Origin: Perna viridis
Lineage: Eukaryota
NCBI GenBank assembly: GCA_037379345.1
Contig: CM074522.1
Span: 2,170,001 to 2,234,000 of the forward strand
Length of the DNA: 64,000 bases
Direction of reading: 5' to 3'
Shown here: positions 1 to 13,270 of the stretch, one piece after another
How positions within the stretch are numbered: position 1 is the stretch's first letter
How the letters are laid out: each line of letters starts with the position of its first letter
Program-made: the position numbers and the translations under genes
Notes under the pieces: generated by a model
What the model was told of the DNA's origin: nothing
The model's database searches: none
Seen by the model: only the letters and a program-made list of their open reading frames with translations

Positions 1-3000
1 GTTTGAAGTTTTTTGGCTGGGACAGTGCTATCTCAAAGATGGGATTTTTGTCAACAAACTTCTTCAATCATCTCGTTCATAATTACCACCAAGTGATTTT
101 AAACACAAACAAACCGATTGCGTTGCAAGGCAGATGAACACAACCCCATCTCAATTATATATACATTCCCATGCCAAACATCTGCACGGGAATTAGATAG
201 GAAGTACTATTTAGTCGCTGTTATAAAGGGGAATTTGAAAACAGCTACTAACTATTGACGTTTCAATGTGGGTGACATAATTTTACGACTCTGTTTTCTT
301 TTTTTTCCACTACAAGTTTATAACTGTCTTCATGTTTAGGTGAACTGATTAAAGTCAACGAAAGACTTCACCAACAAACTGGTATTTTTTATATGTTATT
401 ATATTATTTGTTTTTTTTTTTTTTTTTTGGTGTGTGTGTGTGTGTATGTTTTTTGTTTTGTTTTGTTTTATTTTTTGTTCACTTTATTTTTATAAATAAA
501 TAGAATTCAGTAAAATCAAATGTTTCTCTCATGTAACACTACGATATTCATGACCACAAAACTTCCAGTAGCTCGTTTATCTGACAAATAGAATAGAAAA
601 GAATAGAATAGAATATATTATGACAAAGTTTTGCAAAATTGAAGAAAGTTACACATGACTTATACATGACATACATATACCATTTGTAATGTACAGTGTG
701 ATTTCCTATCATTTCTTTGTTTTTGATTGCTGTTGCTTTTACCGTTTGGTTTGTTTGTTTGTTTGGGGTTTTTTTTTTTTGGTTTTTTTGTTTTTGTTAT
801 TTTTTACATTAAGCAGTAATCGTCGTTTCTTGTTTGACGTTTTGTCTAATTACACATGCAATCTTAAATGTCATCAATGACTATACATCCTTACTCAGGT
901 GACTCTAAACCACTCAGCATCAGATAGGAAGGTTTGTCCATCAAATCGTTTCAAATGTATTTTATTTCCCTGTTATTGCTTTAAGATGACTGAGAGTACA
1001 TTAAGATTTAAATAATTAAAGAGTTTAAATCTAAGTTTAATGCATGTAGTAAATATGGTAAATAATCATTACAAATCAAAATATTTACACTTTACCCTAT
1101 AATCATCTTTAAGGATGTCTCTGAGATGATCCCACATGGTACAGGTCCAGATATAATCAATACGATCACTAAATGTTTCTCGATTAATTTAAGAGGCTAA
1201 TGAAAGGGAATTGTAAAAAATGATCTACTTATCTTTTTTACAATTAATGTTACAAATGATTTATCTAATATTTATTCAATGACAACTTTGTAATTATTTT
1301 GTAACATTGAAATATAACGATAAAATGATAAAATAATATTTCATGCTATCCTCACAATAGCCTTATGCAATTGCATATTGACTCCCTGTGTGTCAAATGC
1401 TAGATGTAATTAAATTGCTTTTGAGCTATTCTAATAAACTTGATCATAGTTCTGCTTAAACTGTTCTTGTGATATTTGGCGCGTAAATTAATTTGTCTAG
1501 CTAAACGTAATCGTACCCACTGATGTTACACTCTATATTTGTGACAGTTTTTTATATATATATAATGAAGAAGGCAAGCGAAAAAAAAATTTTTTTTATT
1601 TGATAAAGATAAGAAAAAAATGCATCATTTAAATTGTATTGTTTTCTGGGTTTTCAGTGAGTTTTTTAATCGATCAATAAATAATACCTACAGGAAAACA
1701 AAAAAAAAACTCACGTGTTCGGGGATTAGGATGCAATTTAGTATTTTGCAGATTGGGAATAGCAAATTATTGTGCAAAGTAAAAGAATGGTAATAAAAAA
1801 AAATCTTTTAGGAATTGGAATTGATGAAACGGTGTATTGATGGTGGGCACTTTTAATGATGCATAAAAATTTGTGACGGTTTTTAATAGTGAATCGTAAT
1901 TAGGAACGGTAAATATGTACAGTTGAGTTTGAATTGATGTTCCTGAGAATGGAAAATGATAGGTAGGTGAGAACAACAAACGGTGTATAAGATATATGAC
2001 AGGTGGACAATTAAAACGTGGCAACAGCTAAACATTTCTAAAAGGGAATGACGAATCGAAAATGCAGATTGAAGATACTTGAAAAAATGTGTATTGGAAA
2101 AGACACATAGAGTGTAGTGGAACTGTTGATATTGGTGGGTTGGTCGTGTTAATTGTAAAGGATGTCTTTAGAAAAGCTATTTGTGTGACATTTTAGATAA
2201 TGCTAATTTTAACGAAACTGTGTTAATGCTTTGTAAGAAGAATCACGACAAAACTTTTTTAACTTTTGTTAGGAGATTGGGTATGTAAGAATTCGAGATG
2301 CTTATTGTTGTGTAATAGGTGTAATATGTATTGGTTGACTGTAGACGTGTAAATGATGCATAGTGTGAATTTAATTAAACGAAATAAGGTTTATATGAAA
2401 GGACTGATTGGAAACATATTAAAAGAACACGCCATGGAGTAGTTAAGAGTTTGTCATCAAACTTCAAGGACAAGTTTATTCTACGAACAACAATATCATG
2501 GTAAAGCATTGCAATGTTTTATATGGCCAGAAGTACGAAACATGAGAAAATAAAACACCAAAAATGTACTACTGTTACAGAGTTTTGTTTCCCTATCACC
2601 GGTAATATAAAGCAATTAGTTCATCCATAATAATATCAGTATATAGTTTATTCAGTACATCCCCCTTTTTATGAAGACAACCGTAATTTTAATACCTGTA
2701 TAATTGCAATTTGTTTTTGCTTGACGAAAGTCTACCTTACTTGTATTAGCAAACAGTAATACTTCGTTGAAATCCAACGTCTCCGTTCAGCAGAAGATAA
2801 ATAAAGTTTATTTTTTACGAGTGTCATAATTTATATATTTGCTGTAATATTTGATATATTTTACCTTAACTGCATAATTGCAATATATTTATCCTTTCCT
2901 TCAATACATTCTACATTTCAATATATTGGTAAATGCACTTTCTCTTGTTGCTTGTCATGAAAAGTGCATGTCATTTGTGTAAGTACACAATATGTTTTCC

Positions 3001-3649
3001 TCTCGAATCTTACAGCGCCTACTTTTTTCTACATCCCAATATAAACCGAGCCCAACATAGACGAGTGTCATATTTTATCTACTTGCATTGCCATATATGA
3101 CATTTTTTATTCTAATACTTCACGTCCCCAGCTATTGTCGGGTGGCACAATATATTCATAGTGCACCCGTTAACATAATCTTATCCTTTCTTGTTACAAA
3201 AAGACGAAAGGGACTTAAGCAAGGTCTCTGAAGTTTGAGTAAATACCCCCAAATAAGATTACAGAAGAAAGATAATAAATTTCAATTTTCTCCAGAAGAG
3301 TCATCATAAAGCTCTTCAGGTGACACGAGCATTGTTAAAATCCATCTTAAAAACATTTTTATGATTTAAATCATCGATATTTCATTTGCCCATTTAATTA
3401 ATTTCCTTCTTCTCAATGCTCCGGTGATCAGAACATTTTTGTCCAAAGGAGAAATTTCCATTGAAATGGTATGACAGTATATAATTCTTGCCTCTGCTTT
3501 TAGGTACAACTGTGTTTCTATAAGTCGCTCTATTTCCCCCGATAGATGATTAGTTTGGGACAATTAACGGAAAAACTATTCACATCTACACATCTTCTTT
3601 AAAAATTAAACTTTTTTATAATGAAAACAATAGTTACGTGATATCTAAT

Positions 3650-3864
3650 AGTAATCAAGGGAACCAAGGTTATAGCGGTAATCAAAGGAATGTAATCCAG
3701 GGACAAAGACCAAACATGGAAAACAGACATACACAACAAAGAACATATAGTAACTATAATCATACATACAAAGTAACAAAAGCAAATGAGCAACTCGGAC
3801 TCCATGGACCAGGTGCACCGGTAGGTTAAGCGTCCTCTGCTTTTCTAGAAACACCCGCCGAGTT
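3650..3864 (-). mobile_element. SINE-like interspersed repeat family A, copy 1 (5'-truncated, small internal deletion)
   Basis: High identity to the copies at 11.3, 17.0, 49.4 and 54.6 kb (gtaatcaagggaaccaagg...atgagcaactcggactcca...ccaggtgcaccggtagg). Confidence 0.8.
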
Positions 3865-6800
3865 TTAAGGCACTTTGTTGTTTTTTATGTCCAAAAAGAA
3901 TATGTAGGTCTAATGACAATAGATAGGAAGTACAACAGTAATGCAGTTTCACATAATTTGAGAAAAAGTAAAGTACAACCAACAAGCGTATTTGCACCGC
4001 TTTTTTTTGCAGTGTTCTCAATACTACGATTTTGAGATTCCGAATAATCGAAGGTATCAAACCAATTCCTAAATGAAACAATTTGTTGAAGATTTTACAA
4101 TAAGCAAACTCAGTCTGTCAGTTGGACATGATCATGAAATATTATTGTCTCCCGGATACATTGACCAATTTGTATACTTTACCCCTGATTGAAACTGGTG
4201 TTAAATCAAGGGGAAATAACTAATTTATTTAATTGGAACTGTATACCCATGACATTTCATATGATACACATTCGAATGTTTTTATCATGTAGAATGACAG
4301 TCCAATGGACAATGACGGAATGATCTTGTCCATTCCGTCAAATATTGATATTAACGCTATCTTGGAGACGGCGGGCAGGTGCTCCTTCAAATGTTGCATT
4401 ATGAATAGTCCTATAAGCTTTGAGAAAATATTTAATGTATTTTCTTCCTATTTGACTTCTGATTGAGATAAAATCATTGATGAACTAAGTTTTTTATTTA
4501 AAAATGTGTAATATTAACTTCGTATAACTGACAGAAATGCATTAAATGTCATATTTTCTCATTTTTTATTTCATTTAATAGATTCTATAACTGTCTGATG
4601 GAGCAACAACTGATACAAACACGGCAAATTTATTATATCTTGTTATATATAATAAAGTGAAAGATAGAATGTGTACAAAGATTTTAATAGCAATTATTAT
4701 CGTCGGATAACATTTCATGAAATGATGTATTCGGAGACAGTACCATTTAATACAAGATTGATAGTAATAAATTGTTAGGCGATATCATTTTTACGCTTAA
4801 GAGTAATCACATTTTGTACATTCGAACCACAAATATTTTTGAAACAGATTAAGATTATTTCGATGATTTGAGTTCTATCATAATCGGAAATCTTCACATT
4901 TAAATGCTAGTAACATTGGTGCAAAGTGATCTTTAAGGAAAAAAATAATTTCTCAGAGCATTTAACAGATGACACTTTAGATACAACAAACTCGTCGTTT
5001 TCTATAATGGGAAATGTCTCTATAAAGGAAGAATAATCAGTTACGCAGACATCTTTAAGGTGATGCACAAGTTACACGCAAAATGAAACAAGATGCCTTT
5101 ATGCGCTTGGTTATTGCAACAGTTTCTCCTATAATTTATTTTATTTATTACATGGTAGACTGCAGTTTTATCACGCTCGTTATCTCATTTGCATGTGATC
5201 TCTTCTTTCCGATTTAAAATGTGAAATTTATTTTGAAGCGAACAATGTGGTACCAAAGGGCGTTTTTCTACTAATCTTCGTAATCGAAAATATAAGCATG
5301 CGCAAGATCAGTTACATCATTTACTCTAATATGCTTCATTACATTTCTTTTAAAACTGATACAGTTAAACGCATGCAAGATTTAGATAAATTCTAATTAA
5401 GAGACAGAAAACTTGTTAAATTAAAATATGAATATCTATTGGTTGCATGTAAAACAGATATTGTGGTTTCTCTTCTCAGTGATGATTGGCTTAATCGAAG
5501 GTAACGAAGAAAAATATATGAATTATAAAAGTACTGTGATTGATTCATTTTACCTTATGTCAGCATGCTCTATTCCCATATCATACCAAATTAAATTAAA
5601 AGTAAAGTGAAATTGTTAGTTTGTTATGTCCGCTTGTCCAGTTCCATCCACAAATTTATTCTCTTTATCTGAATTATAGTTATAACTGGAAAGAAATAAT
5701 TACGGCCACATATGTATATAGGGCGATAATAACCAATTTGACATTTTAAAAAGAGGTGAGTCTCCCTCAATAATAGCTTTCTAAAGTATGTTTTAGTTTT
5801 TTATCATTTGAAGGGGATGCGTAGGATTGCATATAGTCGCGTCAAAATTAGACTGCAAAAAGGAGGAGTTGATAAAAGCCGTAAATGAATAAGACAATGA
5901 TGACTTTTTTATTTGCTCTTCCATATATTGATTCGTATCTTAAAAACCAAATCGAAGTGCAGTGCGTATCGTTTAGTTGACAGCCAGACATTAAATAATA
6001 CCACGAACGCGCGCCGATCAACTATGTCATTAGTCCAATGTCATAAACAAGTATTAGGTTCATATTCGTTGTGTAATATCTGTCTCCGATTGAAAAATAG
6101 ATTTTGTTATGATAGGTCTAATAACTACTAAATTGTAATAAGGGTGTTCGCATGACTATATTTTAATTTGGTTGATTAACTTACCAAAACAAGCACACAC
6201 ATGAATGCTGTAAATGATGAAGGCACAAACGGATTTACTAGTTTAGTTGTGGTTATAGTGGTAAATAATACAGCATTTGGTACCGAGAAGTAAACTGTCT
6301 ATTTCATCGATATCTATTGAACATTGATTTAAAGCGACTAACAACCACAGGTACGAAGAGGAACAATTTTATTAATTATCACTTGCTATCTTGAACTGTC
6401 AATATTCGAATAGAAAATTTTGAATATAGGTCAAAATACAAAAAGACTTTCATCTGTCATTTTTTTCTGGTATTGAATTAATTAAATCACACTGAAGAGT
6501 TTTGAAAAGGACTTTGTAAAATTTGTAGAGACCAATTAACATCGACGTATACCTAGAATTATTTTCTATCTCTATCTCATACAAATAGAAGACTGGGCTA
6601 ATTGTCTTTGTGCTTATTTGACAACACTTGGAATGGTCGTCAGAAAAGTTTTCGTGATAGACCCTTTTGGCACTATTTGTTACCCATAACATATCTTGTG
6701 TTGTATCTCGAGACTCTTCAAATCAATAGATAATTCATCAACAGTTTAATTCGATTAACCATTACATTTTTTAGCTTCTTAACCAACTTGCTTTGTCATT

Positions 6801-7129
6801 GTATTTATCTTACCGAACAAAAGATAACGTTTAGTGTACCAAATTTCGATTTCTTGCTGAAACTAAACAGATTGTAAGTACCACTGTGTTATTGAAGGTT
6901 GGCAAAGTATTCTATGTGAGAGAGTTACTGGCCATACATGTAGCATTCTTAGTCATAGGTTGATTATGTTTTGTGTGAAAAAAAAATGAAAAAAGCTAAA
7001 CATTGAATACACAGGATCCCTTTTTTCGTATCGTATTTATCAGTTAATTTTTTTAATCATTTCCATTCACTTTTTCACTTTTATTACTTGTAGATAACAT
7101 TTTCGTGCTAATATCCAAAGTTACATTTG

Positions 7130-7210
7130 AGCGCAAAATTACGTCCCAATTAAATGAACGCAAAATTACGTCCAAATAAAATGAACGCAAAATTATGTCA
7201 CAATAAAAAA
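7130..7210. repeat. Tandem repeat, 27-bp unit, 3 copies
   Basis: cgcaaaattacgtccc/aaat.aaatgaa x3. Confidence 0.8.
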
Positions 7211-8619
7211 CAAATGTCACTGTTGATAACAATTGGGACTTAAGGAGGAGACTTAGGGTAAGAGACACAATGTTACAAATCATTGGAATGTTTGTATTCA
7301 CCACATTACATCAATCTTATGTAAGCATCAAAGTAACTCGGACTGATTTCATTCTGTTTCAAATAAAAGCTTGAATGTGCTTTTTGAAATTTATTTGATA
7401 CAAACATATCACTGATTTAAAGTATTATTTCTCTTACCCTAGATTTAGCTCCTTAAGAAAGTTAAATTCGACAAATGACAGAATATATGACAGATTGTCA
7501 GGCACGATCAACGAAAACAGTATCTTTATGTAAAAATCTTTTGAGAAAGTAATCAAGGGAACCAAAAGGTGAAGCAATATCATATGGTTTCTATCATATA
7601 ACATAATTGTCTCGAATTATTAACACAAATTTAGGGTTTGTGAATTTATTTATAATCGACTCAAAATAATTATCTTGAAGTATAGTAAAGCTTATTACTT
7701 TGGAAGAATTATCTCCCCTTCATTGTTTAAAAATACAAGCCTTTCCATGTTAATACGCAGGAAATTATGATTTATATTTGTTTTCTTTATATATAGTAGT
7801 ATATCATTTGGAAACGAATGTGTATACTTAACCAAACTTACAGGAATGTAGTTAATTTTATTTAGTCAAATATTAAGTATTTCTCAAGCTAAGAATCATG
7901 CAAAATGTGATACATAGATTGGAAAGCCTACATATTTATATTTTTGATATTTTGTTTAAAATGTTACATTTAACAGTAATTAAAATGTGCTTTTTCATAT
8001 ATCCCATGCTCTTGGGAGATAAAATGTATATAGAATGTACTGTAGAATTCAAATAAAAGGGAGATAACTCTGTAAATGACACTATAAAACAAAACTGTTG
8101 GATTTTCAATGTGGATTATCTCCTGAGAGTTTTTAGAATGTAATGCAAAATTATAAATTTCATCATGTAGACCTAACAAAGCAACTTAATAACAAAAATA
8201 AAAGTAAGTAGCCTTTTTTTATTTGGGGGAGGGGGTGTTGTATCACATTTTATACAATTTGCATGACTCTTATAAAGACTGTTATTTAAGTTTAAGAATT
8301 CTAGCAAATAGCTGTATTAACAGATAGTTATTTCTGTCGATCTCGGGTCATTTGAGTTTATGATCACTGTTATTTTAATGGTTTCCTTGACTTATCTGCT
8401 AATGTAAAGTGACTCAATAGTCGGTTAATCGATTGCTCACATAATACTTTATCATTTTATCTAGACCAAATATTAAAAATAAACTGGTATGTCGGTTGTT
8501 TGTTTAACAATTGAAAGGTCTTTCCCTTGAAAACTTTCTCTTTGTAATATACAAATTAAAACATCTACAACAGTTTGACTTTTTGCACTTGGTGACCTTG
8601 TCGAATGCAATTGTTTATT

Positions 8620-9060
8620 TTTCCATCATGACTTTTGTAATGTCAACTCGACGACCCTTCGATAGATATACAACAACCCTACTTTCTGTGAACTTTAGAA
8701 TTTTGCAATTATTAACCCCAACTGGGTTCTTTTTCTGTATAAATAAATTGAAATTTGAGATGTACACATTATGACCTTTAATTTGATATGTGACAACCTA
8801 ACTATATAAACAACTTAAGTTTCGCACTCATTGACCTCACTCAAGTCATTTATTTCGAGACAAAACATCGATATTTCGGATGTACGCATTAAAACCTTTC
8901 ATTTGATATGCAACAACCTTACCCTCTAAGAACTTTAAATTTTTTGCATTTAATGACCCTACTATTTGAACATGTATTACTTATCATGGTTTAAACTCTG
9001 ATTTTTGAAATGTGCTCATTTAGACCTTCAAAATGATATATTACATGACCCCCTTCGATA
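8620..9060. repeat. Degenerate tandem repeat region
   Basis: Recurring gacc(c/t)tt...gatat...acaacc.tac...aactt motifs. Confidence 0.4.
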
Positions 9061-9303
9061 AAGTTGAAAAATGATGCAATATCAAATCTATAAATAGGTA
9101 TTGATGAAATTTATCAAACAATCGGAAAACATGAAACTTTTAAGTTGTTCCAGTATTATTGGTTTTTTAGATTGATTCTTGGTATATTGTGATACAGTTG
9201 TACTTGTGAAGATCTTTCATTCTGTGGAATGACCATTTGAGTGTCTGCTGTGGATTTTAAAATATATACCCCGCTCTCAAAACTTACAATTTCAATAGAT
9301 CCA

Positions 9304-10358
9304 AAACTAGACAAAATCTGTCAAATCTGAAAACTGTATGATAATTTGCAGAACATATACAACAACATTTGGGCAATTTTGGAGCTCATTTTGACACCAA
9401 TGATAATTAAGATATGATGCAATAACAAACTCCAGAACCAGAAGTCGTAGAGACATGAAACTACCAACATACATCTTAGGTTTACCTGACCTTGAAAAAA
9501 CTTACAAGGTCAAGGTCATACGTTTATATCAAGGTCACAAACCGGATTCTGCAAAACTTTTAAATTGTTATAACTTTTGAATAGACGGTCTGACAGTTGT
9601 CAATTTTGTCTCAAAATGTAGGGCGTATCGAGAGGGTCATTCCATACGCTGTATGTATTCACTTATCTCTTGTTGTTTTCTCAATATCAAGGCCTGTAAT
9701 TTTGCAATGAGAAGGCTTTCTAGCACTCTATGAACTTTGACCTTGGATGCAAACGAAAGGTCGCATGGACCAAAGATCATTGATGAAGGTCCCATGTTTC
9801 TACAATTTCTGGTTCTCGAAATATAAATTTGAAAAACTTAAGTATGATATTTCAAGAGATATAACTCCTGTATTGTTTGATAATGAAATACATGTTTATT
9901 CATTAGGTATTCATCTTGTGTACATGAAACAGTTTTTAGATTGTCTATCTATTATGGTTTTCAAAATATGATAGATTGAAATAAATTGTTTTAAGGGGAC
10001 ATAACTCTTAAAGATGATGATGAAATCCTTAGCAGGGTCATTTCCTAATTGAACCTGATGATATCTACATGTTCACTAAATATAGTCATGATATCCTGAA
10101 AAATGAGTTCGGGGGACCGTGTTGACAAAACCGCCAATAAACGGGAGATAACTTCTACAAATGGATAATGGAATCCTTCACAGGATCATCTTGTAAAAGT
10201 CTTTAGTGAGCTCTATCGATGGTTCAAATGTGGTAATGATATCTTGAAAGATGAATATGGGAGAGCACGTCAAAGAAAATTTTGCAAATAACGGAAGAAT
10301 ACAAAAAAAAACATTAAAAAAAACAATAAGGTCTTTTCCTGGTAGGGAAAGCCCTTTA
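9304..10358 (+). mobile_element. Degenerate HINE/Helentron-like non-autonomous element
   Basis: Starts AACTAGA, carries GACCTTG/CAAGGTC and (g/a)GA(g/c)ATAACT subrepeats, and ends in a subterminal hairpin AAGGTCTTTTCC-tggta-GGGAAAGCCCTT (10328-10356) next to an A/T tract. This architecture resembles bivalve HINE-type repeats. Related fragments may lie near 4200, 15490 and 25590. Confidence 0.45.
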
Positions 10359-11049
10359 AAAAGGAGTAAAACACGGCGTCGTAAGAAAACCGATGTTTGA
10401 CTTCATTCCGGATTGATTTTTTACTCTGCAATTCAACATGCATATGTTGATTTTATCATTGTACCTATCTACGTGTTCACATGGAAAATGTTTTCGGTAT
10501 TAACCCATTGCACTAATAGTGTTTCAATTTTCATATTATATATCGTACTCTTTATTTTTACGTAATAAAGAGATTTGACCTGTTAAATGAATTGCTAATT
10601 ACCATAGTTCCTGACCTGTGTATGCACTCTTATATGTACAAGTTAATTTTGATAATTTCAATTTAATTTTTACATCGTATCATTTTTATTATGTAGATCA
10701 AATAACTTTTAAACAAACTGTTTTTCATCCTAATTCTATACTTCATGTTATACACAGTACTACATGTTTCACATGTATTCCAGTAATTCGTCCGAGTATA
10801 ATTATATTCGGATATTGGTTTGCATATAATTATGATTTTACATGTATTGCACATCGAAATTGACAAATATGACTGGTGATCTTGTATTTTGAATGCAGAA
10901 TAGTTTGTTTGCTAGAGTAGACATATTTAATATATCAAACACTGCAGCTAAATAATTATGACAGTAACGAGACTGTAAGTACAAATAAAAATTGCGGAAA
11001 AAGACATCCGGGACCTTTCGATTTCGGTATAGTGAAAACGAACTGCAAT

Positions 11050-11945
11050 TTCTATGGGAATAGAGATGGAAATGCTATTTTGAGAGGGGTAGGAACAATA
11101 ATGAATTAACGAGAATTAGAAATTACGTATCGATACTATTTCATTGCTTATATACAAACTTATGATATTATATATCAAGTGTACAAACTTCATGGGAATA
11201 AGACATTAGTGACTGCATAGAAATTGGGTAATTTATGTCTTTTTAATGCTATATGACTATTGTGTTTTTATGGCAATTTAGATAAGGGTAATAAAGTGGA
11301 TATCAAAAGAATGAAATCCAGGGACAAAACCAGACCGAAAAAACCGACACACACAACAAAGAACATAAAATAACCAAAATAATACGTACAAAGAAACAAA
11401 AGTAAAATGTGCAACTCGGACACCTCTAAAAACTTGGCGCATTGACCAGGTGCACCGGTAGAAATACCCGCCGGGTTGCTCATAAAAAGTCAAGTCCGGG
11501 GTGTGACCTGATGTGGTTACAACAATAATGTCTTCATGCTACTGGAACAAGGATTTCATAATTGAAATTGAAAATGTGGTCTCACTGTGAATGACCTCGT
11601 TATGAAAATGGGGCAACAATATCTTCTTTATCTTGGGCAATTATGTCGTCATGAAATTTAAGGCAAAGTTTTTTTGATGTGATTGGGTTAATTCGGTACT
11701 CACGCGCATGTGAAACTAGCCGATGATGCTTTGATCGAATTTTGGGAAACGGTGTATTCATGGATTAGTAATGATGCCTGCATAGAAATGGGGCAAAGAT
11801 GTCTTCATGGAAATCAGGGTGTTCATGTTCTCATTTGAATGGGGCAATCATGTCTCAACCCGAATAGGACACGGGTGTCTTTATGGGAGTTGAGTAATGG
11901 TGTCCTAATTTGCATTTGGTTATGTTAGTTTTATAGGAATAGGTA
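11050..11945. repeat. Highly degenerate short-unit satellite interrupted by family A copy 2
   Basis: Recurring gaaatggggcaa...atgtcttcatg-like units on both sides of the SINE-like copy. Confidence 0.5.
11285..11501 (-). mobile_element. SINE-like family A, copy 2 (diverged, intact 5' end)
   Basis: Shares atccagggacaaa...caactcggac...ccaggtgcaccggtag...gttgctcataaaaagtcaagtccgggg with copy 5. Confidence 0.75.
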
Positions 11946-13059
11946 CATATATTTTTAAAAACGGCCATACATTCTTTGAGAATACTTGAATCTTCCAAGG
12001 CGGCTTTGATTTACCTAGTATCTGGAAGATAAATCACCCTTATCCCTTTACACATGTCCTTATATGTGTCACTTCATAAATCGTGTAATTATCATGTACT
12101 TGGAAACATCAGCCCAAAAAAGACTCTTTTTATATCAATTTCTTTTTCTATGATATCTTTGGAAATTTTGAAATCTTAATTGGTAACAGAAATAATTTAG
12201 TCTAAATCAAATATTGTTTTGTTATATTATCGGAAAATCGACAGATTTAAATCTATAAATCAAATATGTAAAGATACGAAGCGGCCATGTTAAGTTTATA
12301 ATAGATAATCCTATTCAGTCAGATCTCGTCTGTTGCTGGGAAATACCGCAAGAGGCTATCGGAGAAGACCTCCTTTTATTTTTACCAATGTACACAGAAA
12401 ATGATATATCTTTGGTTGATGGTGGTCGATCTTGACTGATAGAAGATAAATGTCTGTTTGTGTCAAAATATTATCAAAACTATTGAAAAATAATGGAAGA
12501 TCGAAATAGTTGGCAAACAACGCAGACTACAAGTTCACGCGGGTTCTGAATGAGGCCTGAAATAAACTTGAACTTAATTCATTCTGGAACCAGTCTAATT
12601 CAAAGAATTTTCAAACAAACGTAAATGAGTTGTATCATACATATACAGTTAACATTTACTCATTAAATTAATACGTATACCGTACAAAACTCTGAGAGAA
12701 AAATATATAAATTGTTTGATTTGTTATCTTACTTTGAGTGTTTGGGGTTTTGTTTAAGGGGTTAGAGGGTCTTGGTAAACTGCACTACTGAAATTCAGGG
12801 CACGATATTTTACATTAGGTCATAGGTATTTTCGACACAAAAAAATTATAATTTCAATCCTTTTTAATATATTATATCCTTATCAAACAATCAATGTTTT
12901 TGCAAATGAATATTGCATCAAATGTACGTCTAAAGAGAAAGTATAGTTAAGTTGAAATATACATTATGATAAACAGTAAAACAAATATTCTGTTTTACAT
13001 CATGTTTTACATCGAATTATTCTCATGATTCTTAAGCAAACACTAATTACAAAATTAGA

Positions 13060-13270
13060 AAAATGTTTTTTGTTTTTTGTTTTTGTTTTGCTTGATTCCT
13101 GTTTTGTATTTGTTTTTCTTAAGGGTTTTTCCTTTATTGTTTGTTTTTGCTTTGTTTTGTTTGTTTGTTTTTTTGCGTTTTTGTTTTTGTTTTTGTTTTT
13201 TGTTGTTTTTTTTTTCTTTTTTTTTAGGTTTTTTGTGGGGTTTCTTTTGTTTTTTAAGGGGTTATTTTAT
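13060..13270. repeat. Low-complexity T/G-rich tract
   Basis: Runs of tttttg/gttt. Similar tracts lie at 405-490 and 715-805. Confidence 0.85.

Noticed and set aside
1767-2450. Strand-skewed segment as a decayed retroelement ORF
   Set aside because: No RT or endonuclease motif could be read; compositional impression only.
3599-3854. Recurrent MESELL.../...GVRVAHLLLLLCMYD ORFs (also at 11.3, 17.0, 49.5 and 54.6 kb) as a small-protein family
   Set aside because: They are translations of repeat family A. Frames, starts and stops differ between copies.
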